Positions 11,242-20,893 of a DNA stretch of 64,000 nucleotides are shown in pieces. Position 1 is the first letter of the stretch, and the number at the start of each line of letters is the position of its first letter. This stretch comes from Obrimoposthia wandeli (lineage: Eukaryota). The notes below the pieces were generated by a model. That model was given only the letters and a program-made list of their open reading frames with translations. It searched no databases and was not told the origin of the DNA. The translations under genes and the position numbers were made by a program. The DNA lies in the NCBI GenBank assembly GCA_977020255.1, contig CDROCS010005135.1, positions 186,001 to 250,000 on the forward strand, in the 5' to 3' direction.

Positions 11242-11920
11242 GTGTGAGGTGGCTGAACCCGTATCAAAGATGAGGGGATAAAACTGAACTGAGCAACAAC
11301 GTTGTGGAGCTAGCGCCAAAGCTATGTGTGGGTTGCGAGGGAAGTAATCTTTAATACACTGAAAAGCGAAAAAGCCAAAACAGGTACAAGCTGCCGATTG
11401 TAATACGAGGCTGGAGCACACAGGAGTAGCATTCCTACTCATTTGAGAAGAAGGCGGGTTGGGCAGAATGACTTGGAAATGGCAGCTAAATTGTTTAGCA
11501 GACGCCTGCTTTTCATGATTTACAGGATTCGAAAAGTGTGGAAAAACAAAGGCGCTCCCGGCGTAGCGGGCAGTGCCATCTATAAGCAGTTGCCCGACTA
11601 GAGACCGAATACGGCCCCATATTTAAGTCCGAACTTGAACAGACTCGTTTATCTTAAGGCTGATAGATAAATTCCTGAAAAGTGGGGTCATGATAGGTGA
11701 CTCAGAAAAGTGCTGGGAAGCACAAGGTTGCTGAAGCAGCGAAATCATGTCGCCACATATCTTGGAAAAGCAACTTACTTGGCGTTGTGAACACACTCTC
11801 TACACGGATACAAGAAAAGAAGCCAGCCACTTTAAAAGCCAAAGTAAAGCTTGCTTAAAGAACTGAATCCTGACGTATGCTCTTGTGAAAACAAGCTACA
11901 AACGCCTCACCCTACTCGTT
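11242..11920 (+). mobile_element. Decayed group II intron relic (probably class C/IIC)
   Basis: Colinear RT/maturase fragments in shifting frames: KVWKNKGAPGV (11533-11565), TDSFILRLIDKFLKSGVMIG (11639-11698), ILEKQL (11759-11776), TRIQEKKPATLKAKVK (11802-11849) and KELNP (11857-11871). The 3' end is CTCACCCTACTCGTT. It sits just downstream of terminator hairpins. The 5' boundary is approximate. Confidence 0.72.
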
Positions 11921-12050
11921 TACAAGTTTAGTCTTATTAAAGATGACTGAATCGTGATGCTATCGAGTGGGCGGTACGAGGCTAAGACAGAATATAAAAA
12001 TATAGCCTTTCCATATTTAACCCCTACTTACTTGAACAGACTCGTTTATC

Positions 12051-13220
12051 TTAGCTCAGTGCTTGCTTCATTCGTTTACAGGCTTCAATGAGCGTTGCTC
12101 TTGGGCAGCCAAGGTTAAGACGTATAAAGCCTTTCCCGTCTTCTCCAAACGCAATGCCCATGCTTGGCACAATGCCAGCGCTGACCATCTGTTTTTCCAA
12201 TTGTTTATCATCCAAATCTAATTGACGACAATCAACCCATGCCAAATAACCCGCTTCCGGCTGTTGAAGTTTCAGCATCGGCAATTGATCTGCAATAAAC
12301 GCATCAAGGTACTCAATATTACTTTGTAAGTAGCTCTTTAATTCGTCTAACCATTGCGCCGATGTTTGATAAGCCGTGGTTGCCGCGCACATTGCCATAC
12401 TGTTATAGACATCCATGCCATGCGAGTCTAAACGGCGCGTAAACTGGTTGCGTAATGTTTCATTTGGAATCATGAAATTAGATATTCGCATTGACGATAG
12501 GCCAAACGTTTTACTCGCAGCTGTCGCCACCACTAATTGCTGTTGTAATTCACTTGGTAAAGATAGGGCAGAAAAGTAACAATGATTCGGCATTGTTAAA
12601 TCGCCCCAGATCTCATCACTTAATAGCCATACATCGTATTTTTTGCATAGCTCAGCAACCGCGATCATTTCACTTTCTGACCAAGCACGCCCAACGGGAT
12701 TATGTGGATTACACAAAATCATTACTTTAGCACCACTGCTAAAGCATGACTCGAGGTGATCCAGGTCCATGGTGTAATGACCATTTTTTTCGAGTAATGG
12801 ATTCTCAATGATATGGCGGTCATTCAGTTCTGTGATTTTACGGAATGAACCATATCCTGGTGTTTGCATTACAACGCCATCACCAATATTGGTGAGCATC
12901 TGAATAACGATAGACAACCCCGGTAACACGCCGTGCACGGTGGTAATCCAAGATTGCGGTAGCGTGATGTTATGTCGTGTCTTGTACCAATTAATGATGG
13001 CTTGGTAGTATTCATTATTGCGTTCAGCGTAGCCAAATATACCGTGTTCAATGCGTGTATTTAATGCTTCTAGCACCGCTGGTGGCGCTTTGAAATCGTA
13101 GTCTGAAACCCACATTGGTAGTAGCCCGTCTGCTTGTAATCCGAGCTTTTGTTCCATGAAATCCCATTTCAATGAACCACTATTATGGCGATCGTTTACT
13201 TGATCAAAATGTGTAGTCAT
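12051..13220 (-). CDS. MalY/PatB-family PLP-dependent C-S lyase (cystathionine beta-lyase type)
   Basis: LPMWVSDYDF, GIFGY, CNPHNPVGR, SDEIW and ASKTF motifs. Confidence 0.9.
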   Translation of the reverse strand: MTTHFDQVNDRHNSGSLKWDFMEQKLGLQADGLLPMWVSDYDFKAPPAVLEALNTRIEHGIFGYAERNNEYYQAIINWYKTRHNITLPQSWITTVHGVLPGLSIVIQMLTNIGDGVVMQTPGYGSFRKITELNDRHIIENPLLEKNGHYTMDLDHLESCFSSGAKVMILCNPHNPVGRAWSESEMIAVAELCKKYDVWLLSDEIWGDLTMPNHCYFSALSLPSELQQQLVVATAASKTFGLSSMRISNFMIPNETLRNQFTRRLDSHGMDVYNSMAMCAATTAYQTSAQWLDELKSYLQSNIEYLDAFIADQLPMLKLQQPEAGYLAWVDCRQLDLDDKQLEKQMVSAGIVPSMGIAFGEDGKGFIRLNLGCPRATLIEACKRMKQALS

Positions 13221-13247
13221 TGCGTTTACCTTATTTTGCTTTTTAAT

Positions 13248-14711
13248 TTATTTAACGTCAGCAGGAGACATATTGACTGTTTGTTCTTCTGTATCGATAG
13301 GCTTCGCTTTAGCAATACCAAAACCCGTGAAACCGTAAATAATCGCGAAGATAACACCGGTGTAGCACTGAACTGCCCACGGTAAGTAATCGAGTGTTGG
13401 TACATCTAATGTACTTGCCATATAGATACCAGCAGCAGTCCATGGAACCAATGGTTCGATGATCGTGCCTGCATCTTCTAATGTACGAGAAAGGTTTTTG
13501 GTATCTAAGCCCATTTTGCGATATGCGTCTTGGAATAACTCCCCAGGAATTAACAGCGCAAGCTTGCCGTCAGATGTGGTGAACACCACTGTAATGGTTG
13601 CAATAACGGTAGATAAAATTAGCTGACCTGTGGTGCGAATGAGGTGTAAGAAGCGACCAAGCACAACGTTAAGTGCACCCGTAAGGCTCAAAATACCTGC
13701 AAAAGAGAAAGCACAAAATACCAGTAAGATAGTGCTCATCATCGAGAATAAACCACCACGATTAAGCAGCTTTGCAATGTCTGGTACTAGGGCATCAATA
13801 GAATGACCATTATCACTTAGCATACTGATATTAAAGCCATCAACGTATGCTTGAAAACCTTGCTGTAGGCTAAAGCCTTGTACAGCCATACCCAAACCAA
13901 GCCCTAATGCAGATGCAGTTAGCATAAGAGGAAGAACGGGTTTTTTAGTTACAGCACCCCAAAGAATAAGAATAGGAGGAAGGGCCAAAACGATGTTCAA
14001 GTTATAAAGGCTTTCAATACCTGAAAGAATATCGATAACTTTTTGAGGTTCGCTGACATTGGCAACATCACCATGTTGACCAGCAATAAAGAACACGATT
14101 GAAGCAATAACAAAGCCAGGAATCGTAGTGTAAAGCATGTGTTGGATATGTTCGTAAAGCGTCGTGCCTGAAACAACGGGCGCGAAATTGGTTGAGTCAG
14201 AAAGAGGTGATAGTTTATCACCGAAGTATGCGCCAGATACAACCGCACCAGCAGCAGCAGCTAGCGAGACATCAAGCCCGGCAGCCACACCCATTAAGGC
14301 AACGCCGACAGTACCCGCAGAGCCCCAAGATGTACCCGTACATACAGATACGACTGAAGTAACGAAGAACGCAGCAATCAAAATGTATTCAGGGCTAATG
14401 ACTTTTAAGCCCCAATACACCATGAAAGGAATCGTACCACTCACCATCCAGCTAGCAATTAAGCCGCCGACTGAAACGAGAATCAAAATAACAGGCATGG
14501 CTTTCGCTAACTTCTCAACGATAGCCCCCATGATGTCATCCCAGTTATACCCCATTTTATAGGCTATCCCGCCCGTGAACACGGCAGAGATAAGTAATAG
14601 TGGTTCGATGCGTAAACCCAGCATGCCGTAGCCGATCACGAGTAAGCCAAACATAACAGCGATAGGTGCAATCGCTAATGCTAAAGATGGCAGAGGCTTA
14701 TTATTCGTCAT
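13248..14711 (-). CDS. NhaC-family transporter
   Basis: GTSWGSAGTVG, SGAYFGDKLSPLSD and RTLEDAGT NhaC-family motifs; multi-pass. Confidence 0.9.
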   Translation of the reverse strand: MTNNKPLPSLALAIAPIAVMFGLLVIGYGMLGLRIEPLLLISAVFTGGIAYKMGYNWDDIMGAIVEKLAKAMPVILILVSVGGLIASWMVSGTIPFMVYWGLKVISPEYILIAAFFVTSVVSVCTGTSWGSAGTVGVALMGVAAGLDVSLAAAAGAVVSGAYFGDKLSPLSDSTNFAPVVSGTTLYEHIQHMLYTTIPGFVIASIVFFIAGQHGDVANVSEPQKVIDILSGIESLYNLNIVLALPPILILWGAVTKKPVLPLMLTASALGLGLGMAVQGFSLQQGFQAYVDGFNISMLSDNGHSIDALVPDIAKLLNRGGLFSMMSTILLVFCAFSFAGILSLTGALNVVLGRFLHLIRTTGQLILSTVIATITVVFTTSDGKLALLIPGELFQDAYRKMGLDTKNLSRTLEDAGTIIEPLVPWTAAGIYMASTLDVPTLDYLPWAVQCYTGVIFAIIYGFTGFGIAKAKPIDTEEQTVNMSPADVK

Positions 14712-14827
14712 TGTGTTGTCCTCTTAAAAGTAAAGTCGTACAGAGTTTTTTTTATAATCGTAGGTTGTTTCAATATCGCCATAATAAGAGGTACAGACTG
14801 GGTAAAGTGAGACTCATGTATCCGTTT

Positions 14828-14845
14828 CATGTAAGCGGTTACATG
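14828..14845. promoter_or_regulatory. LacI/GalR-type operator upstream of the nhaC-malY operon
   Basis: Near-perfect palindrome CATGTAAGCGGTTACATG with the central CG typical of LacI-family sites; an imperfect copy CATGTATCCGTTTCATG lies at about 14815-14831. Confidence 0.7.
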
Positions 14846-14856
14846 AGATCTTCACA

Positions 14857-14872
14857 TTTGAACCTGATCACG
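14857..14872. promoter_or_regulatory. Putative CRP site
   Basis: TTTGA-ACCTGA-TCACG versus the TGTGA-N6-TCACA consensus (4/5 match in each half). Confidence 0.45.
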
Positions 14873-14875
14873 GTT

Positions 14876-15883
14876 TTAAGCTTGTCGGGGTACAGAAACG
14901 CTTTGACGGCATATTAAATTGGCATCAAATCGGTTGGTCGAAGGTAAGACATCACTCTGCTCGCGTAGCTGTAATGCTAATTTTGCGGCATGCGTCGACA
15001 TCAAATCGATAGGGTTATGCATAGTCGAAAGGCGAGGGTAGAGGTAACGTGCAAGTAGCACATCATCAAAGCCGATAATGGAATAGTCATTCGGGATTTT
15101 ATAGCCTTGCTCATACAAACTTGCCATTAAGCCTGCTGCCATTACATCATTAAATGTGACGACTGCTGTTACCTCTGGGCATTGCTTGATCAGAAGCTTA
15201 CCTGCGGCTTCTCCACCTTCTTCACTAAAGGGCTGGTTGATAACCCAATTGGGCTGAATGGTGAGATTGGCACACGCCATTGCTTGGCGATAGCCTTCAA
15301 GTCGTTCTGTTCGATCCTCAATAGGGAGGTCACTGGTAACGCACGCAATTTTACGGTGACCAGACGCGATTAAATGCTCGACGGATTTAGCTGCCCCTGC
15401 TCGGTTATCGACCCAAACTGCCCGATGAGCAAGTTGAGGAATGGTACGATTGATCAATACCATTGCGGGTAGTTGAGCGCTGTAACGAAGCAGCATCGCG
15501 TCATCCAGCATTTTCGAGTGGACAACCATGGCTTCACAACCTTGGCTGATCAGAAAGTCTAAGCCTTCTTTTTCTCGCTGGGCATTATGACCACCGCTGA
15601 CCACAACAAGCTGACAGTTTTGTGAACGCGCGACTTCTTCGACACTTTTGGCTATTAATGCAAAGAACGGATCGGCAAGATTGCCGGTTAATAAGCCGAG
15701 GGTGTTGTTAGAACGACTGGCTAATGCAGCGGCTCTAGCATCACGGTGGTAATTCAGTTCTTTCATTGCTTTTTGAACGCGCTCTTGGGTCACGGGTTCG
15801 ACATATGTGGTGTTATTGATTACTCGAGAAACCGTTGCAGTAGAAACACCAGCCAGCTTTGCCACATCTTTAATCGTTGCCAT
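14876..15883 (-). CDS. LacI-family repressor (GalR/AscG-like)
   Basis: [30 protein letters not shown], and GFDD...PRLST. Confidence 0.92.
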   Translation of the reverse strand: MATIKDVAKLAGVSTATVSRVINNTTYVEPVTQERVQKAMKELNYHRDARAAALASRSNNTLGLLTGNLADPFFALIAKSVEEVARSQNCQLVVVSGGHNAQREKEGLDFLISQGCEAMVVHSKMLDDAMLLRYSAQLPAMVLINRTIPQLAHRAVWVDNRAGAAKSVEHLIASGHRKIACVTSDLPIEDRTERLEGYRQAMACANLTIQPNWVINQPFSEEGGEAAGKLLIKQCPEVTAVVTFNDVMAAGLMASLYEQGYKIPNDYSIIGFDDVLLARYLYPRLSTMHNPIDLMSTHAAKLALQLREQSDVLPSTNRFDANLICRQSVSVPRQA

Positions 15884-16075
15884 AAAAGTGGTTCATTTAT
15901 CGTGATACTAAAAGTGTGCGGCAGTTTACATAGATTATCAGTGCAAAAATGTTAGTTGCATCAAAAGCTCGAAGAGAGGGTAGATGTTGATTTTGGCAGG
16001 CTTGAATACAAAAATGGCAACCTAAGGGCTGCCATTTAATGTGAATGGAATATAAATAATTGATGTCTTTATACT

Positions 16076-17761
16076 TTATACTTTAAACTGCCCAACCAAA
16101 CTTTTCAGCTCACTACCGGCATGGTTAAGCTCATTAACTATTCTTTCAGAGTCGCTGCTCGAATGAATTAAATCGGTCACGATATCTTGAATAGAAACCA
16201 TATTACGATTGATTTCATCGGTGACCGAACTTTGTTCTGTTGCAGCCGTCGCGATTTGACTTGTCATGTCATTAATTGATTCAACTGCGCCCGTAACAGC
16301 AGAAAGGCTATCTGTAATTAAATTTGCAGCATCCACCGCTTCAGTACAGGTTGATTGACTATGATCCATCGACGTTACTGCCTGCGACACTAATCGATGC
16401 AGCTCATCTAACATTTCTTTTATTTCTTTGGTACTTGATTGAGTACGGCTTGCTAACCCACGCACTTCATCTGCAACGACAGCAAACCCACGACCTTGCT
16501 CGCCAGCTCGTGCTGCTTCAATTGCTGCATTTAAAGCGAGTAGATTCGTTTGTTCTGCAATTTCACCGATCACTTTTAATACATTATCGATTTTTTGAGA
16601 TTGTTGGTTCAGCGAATGAATATGTTGTGCTGCCTGATCGACTTCTTCAACCAATGCAGATATGGATACAACTGATGTATCAACACGTTGTTGGGCGACA
16701 ATAGAATCTTGGCTTGCATCACTGGTTGCGCTTGATACTTCATTCGCATTCATTGCGACTTCACTTGCTGCTGAACTCATCTCAGTAACAGCGGTGACAA
16801 CTTGCTCAGTTTGGTTGTTATGCTCTTGGAGTTGGCGAGTAAGGCTAGCTGTTTGGTTGTGAATATTGCCCGCAGCACCGGATACTTGATCGGTTACTGT
16901 GGAAACTTGTCGTATGATGCTTTGTAATTTAGTGGCAAAGCGATTGAACGCGTTACCTAATTGCGCAATTTCATCATGACCATTGATATCAAGGCGGCGG
17001 GTTAAATCACCTTCACCGTCGGCAATATCATTCAAGGTTTCAACCATATTCTGAACTGGTCGTATAATACGATTCGCAGTGAAAATGATCGTAAAAATCG
17101 TCAATAGACATAAAATACCAGAAGTGAGTAGAACAATATTAAAACGCTCATTCATTTCATTTTGAGCCGCTAACCGGTATTCAGTTACTTCGCGATTAAT
17201 ATCATCAATATATACACCCGTACCGATGAACCAGTCAGTGTTTTTGATTGAAGCGGCATAACTGAGTTTAGGCTGTGGCGTCGGGCTACCTTGTTTTGCG
17301 TAACTGTAATTAACAAAGCCCCCTCCGTTTCTAGCAGCGTTATCTAGCTCTGTTAGTATCTTAATGCCGCTGGGGTCGGTTAATCCGCTGAAGTTTTTAC
17401 CTTGTGCACTTGGGTTTGCTGCATGAACAATGTTGTCGCCATTACGACTATAAATGAATATATAGCCTGAGTTATTCGTTGCAAAACGCATGGGCTCTAA
17501 GAGGCTTCTAACCTCTTTGAGTGCAGAATTTTGATTATCATTACTGGCTAAAAGAGCCTCAACAACTTGTTTATTAATGACTACTGCATCTTTAAGCTGA
17601 CTTTTTCGCTCGCTAATTAATTTATTATTGAAGTGATCTACTTGTTCATCTAATGCTTTGTTTTCTAAATTAAGAACAATGCCAATCGCGACACTCATGA
17701 TAATAAACACTGGTAGCAAGCTGAGCAGCAATAATTTACTCTTTAAATGGAGTTTGTTCAT
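16076..17761 (-). CDS. Methyl-accepting chemotaxis protein (Cache-type sensor, HAMP, MCP signal domain)
   Basis: Two TM helices, GYIFIY...WFIGTGVY Cache-like region, and [34 protein letters not shown]. Confidence 0.95.
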   Translation of the reverse strand: MNKLHLKSKLLLLSLLPVFIIMSVAIGIVLNLENKALDEQVDHFNNKLISERKSQLKDAVVINKQVVEALLASNDNQNSALKEVRSLLEPMRFATNNSGYIFIYSRNGDNIVHAANPSAQGKNFSGLTDPSGIKILTELDNAARNGGGFVNYSYAKQGSPTPQPKLSYAASIKNTDWFIGTGVYIDDINREVTEYRLAAQNEMNERFNIVLLTSGILCLLTIFTIIFTANRIIRPVQNMVETLNDIADGEGDLTRRLDINGHDEIAQLGNAFNRFATKLQSIIRQVSTVTDQVSGAAGNIHNQTASLTRQLQEHNNQTEQVVTAVTEMSSAASEVAMNANEVSSATSDASQDSIVAQQRVDTSVVSISALVEEVDQAAQHIHSLNQQSQKIDNVLKVIGEIAEQTNLLALNAAIEAARAGEQGRGFAVVADEVRGLASRTQSSTKEIKEMLDELHRLVSQAVTSMDHSQSTCTEAVDAANLITDSLSAVTGAVESINDMTSQIATAATEQSSVTDEINRNMVSIQDIVTDLIHSSSDSERIVNELNHAGSELKSLVGQFKV

Positions 17762-18158
17762 AATAATATGGATCCTGTTTCGTATTTATATTTCTAATGA
17801 TTAGGTTCTCTTCTATTTCTTTAATCCATATCGGCAGGTTGTAGTGAAAGTTTACTGTTCAATACTTTTTTTTTGATAACCACTCAATATATGTGGTTAT
17901 TTTCAACGCCTATAAATTTAAACTTTCAAGTGTGTTTAATTAGGCAGTCAATACGTTATGTATCTTAGGTAAGGTTTATTTTTAATTGAAAGTGTGATTT
18001 CACTTCTAATAATAAAATAATGATTCGAGGTGGTTTTATAAATTCAAATGTAATTTTTTATTAAATAATTATTTGATTTAGCGTCTACATTACAATAAAA
18101 GCATAAAAGCCACATATTGTGACTTTTATACTGATGTTACCCATTTATTTAATATGCA

Positions 18159-19817
18159 TTAAACTGCCCATAATAATAAGGCGAGTATTTGTGGTGATAA
18201 TATTCGTAAACACATCACTAATGGATAGACTGTTGCGTACGATAGCGCTGCAGCCCCACTTGTTGGATGTAAGCCATTAGCAAAAGCAAGAGCTGGTGGA
18301 TCGGTCATTGAGCCCGCAAGCATGCCGCAGATAGTAAGGTAATTAAGCTGCCCCACAATGCGAGCTAGAAATCCGACAGTAAGTAGAGGCACTAAGGTGA
18401 TAACAATACCGTAGCCCATCCAACTTAAACCGTCACCGTTTACCAGTGTATCAACAAAGCCACCACCAGACTTTAGCCCAACAACGGCAAGAAATAACAC
18501 AATACCCATTTCTCGTAATGCCAAGTTAGCACTGGGTGGCATAAACCAATATAGCTTACCGATACTGCCTATACGGGCAAGTATGAGTGCGACAAGTAAT
18601 GGTCCGCCTGCTAAGCCAAGTTTAATTGCCGCTGGAAACCCCGGTAAATAGAAAGGAATCGACCCCAATAAAACCCCTAAACCAATCCCCAAAAATACAG
18701 GCAGCATTTGTACCTGTTGTAATTTTTGATGAGCGTTACCCACAATACCACTAACAGATTCAATGGCTTCTTGGCGCCCTACAAGGTTTAAAATATCACC
18801 AAATTGTAATGTCGTTTGGCTTGTCGGTACTAACTCAACACCAGATCGGTTTAAGCGTGATACCACAACATCGTACTTTTCTTTGAGATCGAGTTGGCTA
18901 ATTTTCTTACCCAACACGATTTCATTCGTTACTACCAATCGTTGAACTCTTAGATCTGTTCCTCGGGTTGATAGTGATGCATCAACAACTTCACCAATCA
19001 CTAACCGTGCTTTTTCGAGGGCGTGTTTAGCGCCGACTAAGTGGAGCAAGTCATTCGTTTCAATTCGTGTATCAGGGCGGGGAACATGCAATTTCTCGCC
19101 TCGTTTTAAGCGTGAACAAACAATGTCACCCTCGGTTAATGCCGGTACATCTTTAAGCTGCAAACCATTTAAGTTGGGATTACGAATAGCAACGTTAAGG
19201 GTGTGTAAATTTTGTTTTTTATTACCGTTCTGGAGTTCAAACTCTTCCGCTTCTTTGTCAACATTGACACGAAAAGCCAGGCGTAAAATCCACATGGTTA
19301 ATAAAATTCCGCAAATACCAAAAGGATACGCAACGGCATAACCCATGCCTGTTAGGTCTAGCATGCCTTCTTGTGCGCCAAGTTCAGTGAGTATCTGCTG
19401 ACCCGCACCAAGTGATGGGGTATTGGTGACAGCACCCGAGAAAATACCGAGAATGACAGGAAGTGGAACATCAAATATTTTATATAAGCCGATAGCAACA
19501 ATGCAGCCTAGTAAAACGACCAATGCAGCAAAGGCGTTGAGTTTGAGGCCAGAACTTCGTAATGAAGCAAAGAACCCTGGTCCTACTTGAATACCAATGG
19601 TATACACAAAAAGTATTAACCCGAATTCTTGTATAAAGTGCAAGGTATGTGAATCGAGAGCGATGCCCCATGAGTCAGTAAAGTGACCAACAAAAATGCC
19701 ACCAAACAGCACCCCGCCAATCCCTAATCCAACACCACAAATACGCCAATTCCCAATCCATAAGCCTAGCACGGCAACCAGCGCTAATATGCTGATAGAT
19801 AGTGCAATATCACTCAT
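18159..19817 (-). CDS. yidE: YidE/AspT-family transporter with TrkA-C domains
   Basis: [14 protein letters not shown] start with a [27 protein letters not shown] and YATVYP. Confidence 0.88.
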   Translation of the reverse strand: MSDIALSISILALVAVLGLWIGNWRICGVGLGIGGVLFGGIFVGHFTDSWGIALDSHTLHFIQEFGLILFVYTIGIQVGPGFFASLRSSGLKLNAFAALVVLLGCIVAIGLYKIFDVPLPVILGIFSGAVTNTPSLGAGQQILTELGAQEGMLDLTGMGYAVAYPFGICGILLTMWILRLAFRVNVDKEAEEFELQNGNKKQNLHTLNVAIRNPNLNGLQLKDVPALTEGDIVCSRLKRGEKLHVPRPDTRIETNDLLHLVGAKHALEKARLVIGEVVDASLSTRGTDLRVQRLVVTNEIVLGKKISQLDLKEKYDVVVSRLNRSGVELVPTSQTTLQFGDILNLVGRQEAIESVSGIVGNAHQKLQQVQMLPVFLGIGLGVLLGSIPFYLPGFPAAIKLGLAGGPLLVALILARIGSIGKLYWFMPPSANLALREMGIVLFLAVVGLKSGGGFVDTLVNGDGLSWMGYGIVITLVPLLTVGFLARIVGQLNYLTICGMLAGSMTDPPALAFANGLHPTSGAAALSYATVYPLVMCLRILSPQILALLLWAV

Positions 19818-20291
19818 TGTGAGTCTCCTAGCTTTTATTAAACAAAAATCGTTGCGATAGTTATTCTCCGAAAAAATCGGTGAAAAGTCTGCGCCAGGGG
19901 TAGTGAAGAGGAACTCGGTAAGGACAGGTTTCACTTTAGTGAAAGGAGTGAATAGGGAGTTGATGCCTACAGCTGGTGTATCGGCTTTTCTGTATCTATG
20001 GTTCATATTATTAGCGCATATTTATCATACATTTAAGTGTCTAGGCTGATAAGTGTGCGGTTAACCAGATAAAAATGGATAATGCGCCATTTGTGTTAAT
20101 TTTATGTTTCATTGATGTATCTAAATAGGAGCGTGATGAGTTTGATATCTGTTTTTTCTTGTATTAATTTTGACGCTCTTACTATCCCTTACCATAATTA
20201 ATCTAATCAACCCAATGCATGCATTTATGGATGTAGTAGATACCAAAATTTAGCGAACCATTGACGCTATTAGGTTAAGTTAGGAGTACAC

Positions 20292-20831
20292 ATGAAAGGG
20301 ATTATTTTTACTGAGTTTTTAGATATCGTCGAAAATGCATTTGGGTTAGAGGTTTCACAGCAAATGCTGGATCAAGCTTTCGATGAAGGGGTATATACTG
20401 CTGTTGGAAGTTATGATCACCGTGATTTAGTAAAGTTAATCATGGCCCTTAGTAAAGTTACAGGTGTGCCTGCAGGGGATCTTCAAGAAGTGTATGGACA
20501 AGCTGTATTTACGCGCTTACTAGAAAGTCTTCCTTTTAAAAAAGAGCCGGATCACAACACTTTTAGCTTTATTCAAAGGGTAGAAGATCATATTCACATT
20601 GAAGTTAAAAAACTTTACCCCGACGCGACTCCGCCTCGTTTTGAGTTTATCTCGGTCGAAGAAACCACCATGGTAATGGACTATCGCTCGGCGCGCTGCA
20701 TGTCGCATGTATGCCTTGGCCTAATTAAAGGGTGTGCTGACTATTTTAATCAAACAGTGAGCGTCAGCATGACCCCTATGGATGCGAATGAAAGCCATGT
20801 ACGTTTCGATATGACCATAGTGTCTGCTTAA
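20292..20831 (+). CDS. H-NOX heme NO-binding protein
   Basis: MKGIIFTEF N-terminus, GVYTAVGSYD, proximal His in DHIHIEVKKLYP, and the YxSxR motif (YRSAR). Confidence 0.9.
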   Translation: MKGIIFTEFLDIVENAFGLEVSQQMLDQAFDEGVYTAVGSYDHRDLVKLIMALSKVTGVPAGDLQEVYGQAVFTRLLESLPFKKEPDHNTFSFIQRVEDHIHIEVKKLYPDATPPRFEFISVEETTMVMDYRSARCMSHVCLGLIKGCADYFNQTVSVSMTPMDANESHVRFDMTIVSA

Positions 20832-20893
20832 TATGAGGCATGATAACGGAATATGGCTAATGTGTTTAAGAGTGCTTGATTGATGGGTGGATT

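Noticed and set aside
11143-11442. 99-aa minus-strand ORF in the dsbA-malY gap
   Set aside because: No motifs; it overlaps terminator hairpins and is antisense to the intron relic.
11617-12053. Direct repeats as a possible CRISPR array or IS target duplication
   Set aside because: Only two copies about 400 bp apart, no regular spacers, no cas genes and no transposase; better explained by intron-derived sequence.
19818-20006. 63-codon in-frame extension or leader upstream of yidE
   Set aside because: The YidE-like start with an RBS is at 19817; I could not match the upstream segment to a leader peptide or riboswitch.
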